Virus record (IMG/VR): IMGVR_UViG_3300030104_001024 | Coordinates: 1-52,739 of that record | Reading direction: 5' to 3' (one strand) | Origin: a virus | Lineage: Duplodnaviria; Caudoviricetes | DNA: 52,739 bases | Shown here: positions 26,665 to 34,451 of the stretch, one piece after another | Layout of the letters: each line of letters opens with the position of its first letter | Position numbering within the stretch: position 1 is the stretch's first letter | Notes under the pieces: model-generated | What the model saw: the letters and a program-made list of their open reading frames with translations, nothing else | Databases searched by the model: none | Told to the model about the DNA's origin: nothing | Made by a program: the position numbers and the translations under genes

Positions 26665-26798
26665 TGGAATGGAAATATATAGTTTGGGTAGGTGGTGTAG
26701 ATGATTATTACACTACCTATGAGAGGGCAAAAGAGCATTATGACGAATGGATTGAACAAGGTTATGATGACGTAATTTTAGAGGAGATAACACAATGA
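26664..26798 (+). CDS. 44-aa acidic/aromatic protein
   Basis: Manual: MEWKYIVWVGGVDDYYTTYERAKEHYDEWIEQGYDDVILEEITQ; coupled to both neighbours. Confidence 0.55.
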   Translation: MEWKYIVWVGGVDDYYTTYERAKEHYDEWIEQGYDDVILEEITQ

Positions 26799-27166
26799 GA
26801 GCAATACTTATAGACCCAAAGCATAAACAGATAATGCAAATAGACTACAATGGAGATTATAAGACTATCTATGAGCACCTAAGTTTTACCAATTCGCTTG
26901 GCAATTCACATAAAATACGAGCCTTTGACATTGTGCGAATACCTGTAGGTAATGATGGCATATATGTAGATGACGAGGGATTGTATGCACCAAATGAGGA
27001 CAAGCATTGGTTTACCTACCGCTACAATGCCCATGAGATGCACCAGAATATACCGCTAGTAAACAGAGGTTTAATTATTGGTTGTGATGATAATGGAGAT
27101 AGTGTAGACTGTGATTCGACAGTTGATTCGATTAAATCGCAGATAACATGGGGATTAGTGAGATGA
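26795..27166 (+). CDS. DUF3846-like protein
   Basis: IYVDDEGL motif. Confidence 0.55.
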   Translation: MRAILIDPKHKQIMQIDYNGDYKTIYEHLSFTNSLGNSHKIRAFDIVRIPVGNDGIYVDDEGLYAPNEDKHWFTYRYNAHEMHQNIPLVNRGLIIGCDDNGDSVDCDSTVDSIKSQITWGLVR

Positions 27167-27681
27167 ATAGATTTATTATAGATTATGATGTCGTCAGCAT
27201 TGCACAATCATTATGTGACCAACATATTGTAAAGATGCCATTGGAAGAATCGCAGATGTTATGTACTGCTTTATGGCATCACGCACCAGACTACGCAGAG
27301 GAGAATAATCTATATAAACCTGTTCATCAAAAACACCCTTGTACACTATGGGCTATGCACAGTAGAGATAACTATGAGTTTGCTTGGAATTTATACTTTG
27401 CCATGTGTCAAGAGTATAGATTAAGATATAATAGATTTCATGGTTGTGGTAAGCATGAAGATGCACTAAGACCAAGTAGAGTAAAACATTTTTTACCAGA
27501 TTTGGGATTAACAAAACACCCACAATGCTTTAGCGGACATGATGATCTAAAGACAGATGAATTTATGCCAGTAAATGCCTATCGTAAGTTTTATTATGTA
27601 GACAAAATGCGATTCGCTAGGTATAACAAATGTAGACATATGCCACATTGGTTAAATGAAATGAGGGTTGATTATGCCTAA
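27163..27681 (+). CDS. Pyrimidine-dimer DNA glycosylase (DenV-like family)
   Basis: LCDQHIVKMPLE..QML.TA, H..HPCT.W, EY..RY...H. Confidence 0.7.
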   Translation: MNRFIIDYDVVSIAQSLCDQHIVKMPLEESQMLCTALWHHAPDYAEENNLYKPVHQKHPCTLWAMHSRDNYEFAWNLYFAMCQEYRLRYNRFHGCGKHEDALRPSRVKHFLPDLGLTKHPQCFSGHDDLKTDEFMPVNAYRKFYYVDKMRFARYNKCRHMPHWLNEMRVDYA

Positions 27682-27865
27682 AACATATTATAAAAAAGTA
27701 AAGACTCCAAAGCCTAGAAATCCAGAGTTTATTCGTAAGAGTACACAAATCATAGAGGACAAGCGACACAAGGAGCAACAACGTAGACACGAGAAGAGAG
27801 AGCTTGACCTAAAGAGGTGGAGAGCAGAATATGAAAAATCAAAAGGAGTTAAAGATAATGAGTAA
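27674..27865 (+). CDS. Small basic hypothetical protein
   Basis: ORF track; KPRNP motif. Confidence 0.5.
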   Translation: MPKTYYKKVKTPKPRNPEFIRKSTQIIEDKRHKEQQRRHEKRELDLKRWRAEYEKSKGVKDNE

Positions 27866-28028
27866 AACAATAGCAAGTGCTGAACACACAGAAAAGGTAA
27901 ACGATTTAACTATAAGTGATATACTTCAGATGAATAACGAAAACATAATACCTACTGACATTGTAGATAAATTGTATTATCATTTGTTGGATAGCAACAA
28001 AGTAAGAGAGGAGTTGAAAGATGAATAA
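27858..28028 (+). CDS. Hypothetical protein
   Basis: AGGAG RBS before the ATG at 27858. Confidence 0.5.
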   Translation: MSKTIASAEHTEKVNDLTISDILQMNNENIIPTDIVDKLYYHLLDSNKVREELKDE

Positions 28029-28158
28029 GGAAGATAAAATAAAATTTATAATTGAGTGTGAAAAGAACGCAGTTCCACCAAATAGTTGGGAATGGATTCA
28101 ATTAGCAGATGACAAAACTATTAATGAGTTATACGATTATTGGACACAAGAACTGTAG
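28021..28158 (+). CDS. 45-aa hypothetical protein
   Basis: Manual: MNKEDKIKFIIECEKNAVPPNSWEW...; GAGGAG RBS. Confidence 0.5.
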   Translation: MNKEDKIKFIIECEKNAVPPNSWEWIQLADDKTINELYDYWTQEL

Positions 28159-28171
28159 AGGAGTTGAAAGA

Positions 28172-28351
28172 ATGACATATATACTAGCACAGTTAAACTT
28201 TGTAAAAGTAGATGACGAGGGTAATGAAGAAACAGATAGCAAGGGTAACGTAATAACTTATGTTCCAAAAGGTAGGTGGAAAGAGTTAGAATACCTTTGT
28301 GAAGATAGAAATGATGATGACTTTGAAGTGGAGAAAACAGATGAAAGCTAG
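28172..28351 (+). CDS. Hypothetical protein
   Basis: GAGGAG RBS before the ATG at 28172. Confidence 0.5.
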   Translation: MTYILAQLNFVKVDDEGNEETDSKGNVITYVPKGRWKELEYLCEDRNDDDFEVEKTDES

Positions 28352-28535
28352 AGAATTAATAGAAAAGATTATGAAGTTAGATGACCTTAATACAGAGATA
28401 GATTTTAGGAAGTTTTTTAGTGATGGAGAAGATAAAGATTTACTTTTAGATTTCTGTCATATATTCTATCCAGATGCAGAGGATAAAGATAACGATAGAT
28501 TTATAATAGGTTTCAAGGAGAGAACAGATGTATAA
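28341..28535 (+). CDS. Hypothetical protein
   Basis: GGAG RBS; MKARELIEKI start typical of small phage genes. Confidence 0.5.
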   Translation: MKARELIEKIMKLDDLNTEIDFRKFFSDGEDKDLLLDFCHIFYPDAEDKDNDRFIIGFKERTDV

Positions 28536-29562
28536 AACAGTAGCAAGTTTCTTTGATGGGTTTTCTGGTACAATGCTTTCACTAGACAAGCTAGGTATCA
28601 CACCAGAAGAATACCATGCCTTTGAAATTGACCCTTATTCAAGTGCAGTTAGTCGCTACAACTATCCTAACATTATTCGTCATGGTGATGCACGAAATTG
28701 GGAAGTGTTAAAGGGTAAGAAGATTGACCTCTTGGTTGCAGGATTTCCATGCCAAAGCTACTCAGTTGCAGGGTTGCAGAAGTTTCAACAAGACCCAAGA
28801 GATATGTCAAAGGTATTACTTGATGCTCTCAAAGGTTTAGACGTAGATAAGGTTCTTATTGAAAATGTTGCATCTATGCCAAGGGTTTGGAAAGATTATT
28901 TTACTGAGATGTTTCAACGTATATTTCCAGACGTACTATGCCACGAGGTAAACAGTTCAGTAGTGTCTGCTCAATCTCGTAAGCGATTATATTGGACAAA
29001 CATTGACTTTGACTTAATGTCAGATAAGGGAATAGTAATGAATGATATCCTTGAAGATGGTGCAATCGCAGACAGAGATAAATCCTATTGCCTAGATGCT
29101 AATTACTTCAAGGGCGGTAGCATGAAGATGTACTACGAGAAAGCTAGGAGACAGATAGTATATGATGATAAAGGTAAGGTTGGTTGTAAACAAGTAGGTG
29201 AGGCAGACATCAAAGGCTATGACATTATTCGCAGAGTTTATAGCAGATATGGTAAAGCACCATCACTTACAACCATGCAAGGAGGTCACAGAGAACCAAA
29301 GGTTGAGTGTCGTAATTGGGAGAATATAAATCCAGAGGAGTTTTTCTGGAGAGCATTAACACCTCTTGAATGTGAGAGGTTGCAAACTGTTCCAGATGGG
29401 TACACTCAATATGGTGACATGGGTGGCGAGCAGTTTGATAAAGATGGTAACTTTATTCGTTACACAACAAAGCCAATTAGTAATTCACAGAGATATAAGA
29501 TGCTTGGTAATGGTTTCACAGTTGATGTTATATCTCACATATTAAAAGGAGTAGAGGAATGA
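28528..29562 (+). CDS. C5-cytosine DNA methyltransferase
   Basis: FFDGFSG (motif I), GFPCQ (IV), IENV (VI), QSRKR (VIII), LTPLECERLQ (IX), LGNG (X). Confidence 0.9.
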   Translation: MYKTVASFFDGFSGTMLSLDKLGITPEEYHAFEIDPYSSAVSRYNYPNIIRHGDARNWEVLKGKKIDLLVAGFPCQSYSVAGLQKFQQDPRDMSKVLLDALKGLDVDKVLIENVASMPRVWKDYFTEMFQRIFPDVLCHEVNSSVVSAQSRKRLYWTNIDFDLMSDKGIVMNDILEDGAIADRDKSYCLDANYFKGGSMKMYYEKARRQIVYDDKGKVGCKQVGEADIKGYDIIRRVYSRYGKAPSLTTMQGGHREPKVECRNWENINPEEFFWRALTPLECERLQTVPDGYTQYGDMGGEQFDKDGNFIRYTTKPISNSQRYKMLGNGFTVDVISHILKGVEE

Positions 29563-29795
29563 AGATAACTATTGAACCAAAAGACAGAGTAGACTTACTA
29601 AAATATGTTAACGTATTGAGAGAGTTTAACTGTAACACATCAGAGAAAATACCTATCTACTATGAACACATTTGTGAGATAGAGACTCTTATGTATAGAC
29701 TAGCAAACCTACTACAGTTTGAACAACCTCACAAGGGTGGGTGGTACAGTGACTACCAATTAAAAGAACATTTACCAAAGGAGAAACAAGAATGA
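29559..29795 (+). CDS. Hypothetical protein
   Basis: ORF track; ATGA coupling. Confidence 0.5.
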   Translation: MKITIEPKDRVDLLKYVNVLREFNCNTSEKIPIYYEHICEIETLMYRLANLLQFEQPHKGGWYSDYQLKEHLPKEKQE

Positions 29796-29995
29796 CTAAA
29801 GTATACGCAGTGATGTTTGAACCCTTTGAGATTGATGGGTTAGAGTACGTCAAAGAGGGGGGAAAAACTTGGACAGAGCATAGTCCTATTAAGACATTTA
29901 ACACTATGGAACAGGCACAGATAGAGGCTAGTAAGTGGAACACAGGTCAAGTGGTTCTCTATGAAGAACACGAACCAGATTTTATAATGGAGTAA
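29792..29995 (+). CDS. Hypothetical protein
   Basis: ORF track; ATGA coupling. Confidence 0.5.
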   Translation: MTKVYAVMFEPFEIDGLEYVKEGGKTWTEHSPIKTFNTMEQAQIEASKWNTGQVVLYEEHEPDFIME

Positions 29996-29999
29996 TGAT

Positions 30000-30098
30000 A
30001 TGAATGAGGGACAAAGTTTATTTCTAATGATGGCTATACTTATAGTTGGAACATTATTACTCAATGCGTGTTCTGGTTTCTTTATGAGGATATCGTGA
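30000..30098 (+). CDS. 32-aa membrane peptide / possible mini-lipoprotein
   Basis: Manual: MNEGQSLFLMMAILIVGTLLLNACSGFFMRIS; lipobox-like LNAC. Confidence 0.45.
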   Translation: MNEGQSLFLMMAILIVGTLLLNACSGFFMRIS

Positions 30099-30220
30099 TG
30101 GGCGATTTAGAGGACATTGAAACAATACTAGACGACTACTTTGATGAAATGGTTGATGATTCTGAATTGGATAAAATCAAATCATTACCTACAAAGATTA
30201 AAAAGGAGTTAGAGGAATGA
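30098..30220 (+). CDS. 40-aa acidic peptide
   Basis: Manual: MGDLEDIETILDDYFDEMVDDSELDKIKSLPTKIKKELEE; coupled at both ends. Confidence 0.5.
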   Translation: MGDLEDIETILDDYFDEMVDDSELDKIKSLPTKIKKELEE

Positions 30221-30645
30221 TATTAGAAACCGCACTTATGTGTATGGCAGTCAATATTTACCACGAGGCTAACAACCAATCTATGTTAGGACAGATAGCA
30301 GTTGGTCAAGTAGTGATGAATAGAGTAGAGGACAAGCGATTTCCTAGTACAGTTTGTGAAGTAGTAAAACAAGCGGTGACGTACAAGGGTACAAACAAAC
30401 CAGTTTTACACAAATGCCAATTTTCATGGTATTGTGATGGTGCAAAAGATGATGTGAACAAGAATAGCAAATCGTGGTCAAAAGCATTAGAGTATGCCTC
30501 TATTGTTCTAAGCGGTAGAATTGTTCTGGACATTACAGATGGTGCTACACATTATCACGCAACGTATGTAAGACCTGCGTGGAGAAAAACTAAGACTCGC
30601 ACAACAAGAATTGACCGCCACATATTTTATAGGTGGGAGAAGTGA
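30217..30645 (+). CDS. SleB-like cell wall hydrolase
   Basis: CMAVNIYHEA, VVMNRV, CQFSWYCDG, GATHYHA, HIFY. Confidence 0.88.
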   Translation: MILETALMCMAVNIYHEANNQSMLGQIAVGQVVMNRVEDKRFPSTVCEVVKQAVTYKGTNKPVLHKCQFSWYCDGAKDDVNKNSKSWSKALEYASIVLSGRIVLDITDGATHYHATYVRPAWRKTKTRTTRIDRHIFYRWEK

Positions 30646-30801
30646 GAAACAAGGGATTCTGGTTATTCATTGGTCTGGTTACATTATGTTATTTACTAGA
30701 CTTAATATTTAATACTTTACTTTAAGGAGAAGTTATGAAATTATTTAAATTATTTGTTCTTGATTTATTAGCAGTAATATTTATGGTATGGGTATGTATT
30801 C

Positions 30802-31023
30802 ATGTATTTTAAATATAGAAAATATCTTTTAAGATTATTAATCCAAGTGAGTTGCCTCCTAAATGTTATGTTGGGAGGTAAACTCAACCAATCCTTTTCC
30901 GCAAGGAACTATGGTTGGCAAATTAGTAGTAAACGCAATGTTGTTAGAACTATTGACTTTGTTTTTGGTAAAACACATTGCCAGAAAGCGTGGGAGAAAT
31001 GGGTATCAAACCAAAAGAAATAA
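30802..31023 (+). CDS. Hypothetical protein
   Basis: ORF track; N..LGG...QS.SAR...ID..F...HC pattern. Confidence 0.55.
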   Translation: MYFKYRKYLLRLLIQVSCLLNVMLGGKLNQSFSARNYGWQISSKRNVVRTIDFVFGKTHCQKAWEKWVSNQKK

Positions 31024-31922
31024 AAACAATAGGACAAATGGTGGAATATTACCTCCATAGCCCTCAATTTTTGGCTCTCAGACCTCGTTCACAGAAGGAT
31101 TACGAGTATGTGCTCAACAGAGCCTTACAGACCCCTGTTAGCGTTTCTAAAGCGTTTGAGAGCATACGGATAGCAAAGGTATCGGTGAGTGATTGTAAGA
31201 TTGTTTATCAGTCTTGGCTACAAAAGGGTAAACGTATGGCAAACAACACCGCTACTGTCTTGTCTGTGGTGTTTAACATGGCAGAGGAGCTTGAACTTCT
31301 GGCAAGTAACCCTATGAGGCGAGTAAAAAAGGCAAAACAAGAGGTGCGGAGGGTAATGTGGTCACGAGATCAAGTAAAATTATTCCTTGACACCGCATAT
31401 AGTCAGTACAAGTGGCGAAGTATTGGGTTAATTGTCCACATGGCATACGAATTTGCTCAAAGAGTAGGCGATATGCGACTACTTGAGTGGAAATGTATTG
31501 ATTTTGACACAAAAAGACTTGACTTGGTGCAGTCAAAACGTAGGGCAGAGGTGCATATACCTATTAATGCTAGTCTATTGGCTATGTTGCTAGAACAACA
31601 CAACGATTTTGGGTTTCAAGAGTACGTTGTTCCAAATGTTAGACCTATAAATGGTAGCTACAGACCCTACAATGAGTTTGAGGTGTCCATTTTAGTCAAT
31701 GAAGTCAAGACAGAGGCAGGTTTACCTAAAGAATTAACTGCTATGGACATGAGAAGAACCGCTATTACGGAAATGGTGGAGGCAGGAGTAGATACTACGC
31801 AGATTATGGCGGTATCTGGTCACAATTCGCCTCAATCAATGCGACCATACATCAAACATACGTTTAAATCAGCAAATAATGCACTTGCAAGGAGGGATTC
31901 ATACAAAAATGAAGTTTCTTGA
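30999..31922 (+). CDS. Tyrosine recombinase / integrase
   Basis: QRVGD (R), QSK (K), MDMRRT (HxxR position), SGH, RPY. Confidence 0.85.
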   Translation: MGIKPKEIKTIGQMVEYYLHSPQFLALRPRSQKDYEYVLNRALQTPVSVSKAFESIRIAKVSVSDCKIVYQSWLQKGKRMANNTATVLSVVFNMAEELELLASNPMRRVKKAKQEVRRVMWSRDQVKLFLDTAYSQYKWRSIGLIVHMAYEFAQRVGDMRLLEWKCIDFDTKRLDLVQSKRRAEVHIPINASLLAMLLEQHNDFGFQEYVVPNVRPINGSYRPYNEFEVSILVNEVKTEAGLPKELTAMDMRRTAITEMVEAGVDTTQIMAVSGHNSPQSMRPYIKHTFKSANNALARRDSYKNEVS

Positions 31923-32676
31923 GAATATAGAGTTAGCAGATGGTGAAACTTTGACAATGAATTGTCCAGTTTGTAAGGGCATCAAGAAGTTTACTATCAC
32001 TAAGGTGGATAGGGTGCTACTTTACAACTGCTATCGTAATAGTTGCACAGTAAAAGGAGCAAAGAAAGTGGATAGAACGGCAGACGACATAAAACGTAAG
32101 ATGAATGGACACTCAATAAAGTCTGAGCCTCTTGAATTTAAGATACCAGAGTATTTCTCTAGGGATTTAGACGAATGTGATGACTTTATTATGAAATGGA
32201 ACTTGTCAAGTGTAGATTTGTATCATGATGTAAAAAATAATAGGGTCGTGTTTCCTATTAAGAAAAAGGGTAGGGTCGTAGATGCCATAGGAAGAGCTTT
32301 AGACAAAAATGTAGTACCAAAGTGGTACAAATATGGTTCTCATGCCTCTCATTATTCTCACACTGTAGAGAGGCTACCAGTTTCTACTGCGGTGCTTGTG
32401 GAAGATGTCCTCTCTGCTATAACAGTAGCTACTTACTTTCCTGTAACAGGTTTTGGCATTTTAGGTACGGCATTATTGCAGGAACACATATATCTTCTAT
32501 CTAACTTTGATAGGGTCGTAGTCGCTCTTGACCCTGATGCCCTACAGAAAACGCTACAACATAGTAAAGAGTTGACAAATTATGTAAAAAGTGTTAGAGT
32601 CCTACGGCTCACGGACGATTTAAAGTATAAGAATTTAGAAGACTTTAACAAATTGAGGGAGATGTTAAATGAATAA
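31909..32676 (+). CDS. DNA primase (Zn finger + TOPRIM)
   Basis: CPVC...CYRNSC, LVED, ALDPDA. Confidence 0.85.
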   Translation: MKFLENIELADGETLTMNCPVCKGIKKFTITKVDRVLLYNCYRNSCTVKGAKKVDRTADDIKRKMNGHSIKSEPLEFKIPEYFSRDLDECDDFIMKWNLSSVDLYHDVKNNRVVFPIKKKGRVVDAIGRALDKNVVPKWYKYGSHASHYSHTVERLPVSTAVLVEDVLSAITVATYFPVTGFGILGTALLQEHIYLLSNFDRVVVALDPDALQKTLQHSKELTNYVKSVRVLRLTDDLKYKNLEDFNKLREMLNE

Positions 32677-33223
32677 ATGTAATACTTGTGGTGAAGAACT
32701 TACAGATAAGAACTGGCTTGATTCGTGGAAAGTTGTTAATAGAAAACAATGTAAGGATTGTTCTACAAAGAATAATGTTAGTAGCAATCCGAATCGAATG
32801 TATGTAGATGGGCATTATATACCACAAAGCCATCCTCTACATCAGGCAGGGCGGTACACTAGCTTTGCAGAGCAGTTAAGAGTGGTTTCAAGTCTTCCTG
32901 ATAATATTAGTAAACTTAATAAGAGTAAACGTGGTGAAGTCTATATAATACATAATCCTGCTTGGAAAAAGTGGTACAAGATAGGTATGGCGGTAGAATC
33001 AAAGAATAGGTTGAATGGCTATCAAACGTCAAGTCCCTTTAGAGATTATAGCTTACTTTATACCATCTCTGTGAAGAACAGATATAAGGGTGAAATTATG
33101 GCACATAAGGTAGCAGAAAAGATTTGTCTTGAAAGAAATAACGAATGGTTCTATACTGAGGATATAGGTAAAATTAAATATGAAATGGAAAAGAAATTAT
33201 ATGGGATGAGAATAAATGGTTGA
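32669..33223 (+). CDS. T5orf172 / GIY-YIG-like endonuclease with an N-terminal Zn finger
   Basis: CNTC...CKDC; VYII...YKIG...RL..YQT.SP...EWF. Confidence 0.75.
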   Translation: MNKCNTCGEELTDKNWLDSWKVVNRKQCKDCSTKNNVSSNPNRMYVDGHYIPQSHPLHQAGRYTSFAEQLRVVSSLPDNISKLNKSKRGEVYIIHNPAWKKWYKIGMAVESKNRLNGYQTSSPFRDYSLLYTISVKNRYKGEIMAHKVAEKICLERNNEWFYTEDIGKIKYEMEKKLYGMRING

Positions 33224-34451
33224 ACTAGCATTAATACGAAGTCTGCTTGATAAAGAGTTCTATGGCGATCATAAAGGGACACGCTGTCCTGATGAACTTT
33301 TTAGTAAGGACATTCGTAAGATAAAAAAGACAGTTGACTTTGCCATGCAGAATTATGGTAAGGACAGTATAACAGTAAGAGAGCTAGAGGGTTTATTCTT
33401 CTCTCACAATAGCACTCTTACTACTGCCTCAAAGCAGGTGTTTAAAGAACTATTCTGCAAATTAGAGCGAGAGCAGGTTATGGATAAGGAGATAGCTAAA
33501 GATGTAATGTCTAAGTTGTTTCAACAATATGTAGGAGAAAAGATTGCCAATATAGGGTTTGATTACGTAAATGGGGAAGAGGCTACACTAGAGCCATTAA
33601 GGAGAATCATTAGTGACCACCAAGACAACTTCCTTCCTAACTTTAAAATTGAGTGGGATGATATAAGTTTTGAGAGTATATTAGAACAAGCTAACCAGAA
33701 GTCTAAGTGGAAGTTTAATATACCTTCACTGGCTAGAAGACTAGAGGGTATAAGCGGTGGGCAACTCATTATAGTGGGTGCTCGTCCCAATACTGGTAAG
33801 ACATCTTTTCACGCAAGTATCATTGCATCCAGAGGTGGCTTTGTCGATCAAGGAGCAAAGTGTAGGGTTCTGTGTAATGAAGAGCCTTACTATAGGGTTG
33901 CATCTCGTTATCTTTGCACCAGAGCAGAGCTTTCTCTTGCGGAGATAGGTAGTGGCAGTGCAAATCATGCTTTGGCAGTCGAGCGATACAATAAAATACG
34001 ACACAATGTTAAGATTAAGGATGTTACTGGCAAGAAGATGGATTGGGTGGAGAATATGATAAAGGTAGAAAGACCTGACGTTGTTGTTCTGGATATGGGC
34101 GATAAGTTTGCTACTCGTACTGGAGAACGAATGGACTTATATCTCAAGGAGGCTGCAATTCACGCAAGAAATATTGCAAAAGAGTACGATTGTGCTATAA
34201 TCTGGATGTCTCAGCTATCTGCAGAGGCAGAGGGTAAAATCAATGTTGACCAATCTATGCTAGAAGGGAGTAAGACAGGAAAGGCGGCAGAAGCGGATTT
34301 GATGCTTTTACTAAGTAAGAATCCACAGATGGAAGGGCAGGAGGACAATGACCCACAAAGGCACATTGTCATAGCAAAGAATAAGATAAACGGATGGCAT
34401 GGAAAGATCCATGTTGAGTTAGATGTAGAGAGAGGTAGATATACTGCATGA
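33216..34451 (+). CDS. SF4 (DnaB-like) replicative helicase
   Basis: GARPNTGKTS, VVLD, MSQLS, IAKNK. Confidence 0.9.
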   Translation: MVELALIRSLLDKEFYGDHKGTRCPDELFSKDIRKIKKTVDFAMQNYGKDSITVRELEGLFFSHNSTLTTASKQVFKELFCKLEREQVMDKEIAKDVMSKLFQQYVGEKIANIGFDYVNGEEATLEPLRRIISDHQDNFLPNFKIEWDDISFESILEQANQKSKWKFNIPSLARRLEGISGGQLIIVGARPNTGKTSFHASIIASRGGFVDQGAKCRVLCNEEPYYRVASRYLCTRAELSLAEIGSGSANHALAVERYNKIRHNVKIKDVTGKKMDWVENMIKVERPDVVVLDMGDKFATRTGERMDLYLKEAAIHARNIAKEYDCAIIWMSQLSAEAEGKINVDQSMLEGSKTGKAAEADLMLLLSKNPQMEGQEDNDPQRHIVIAKNKINGWHGKIHVELDVERGRYTA

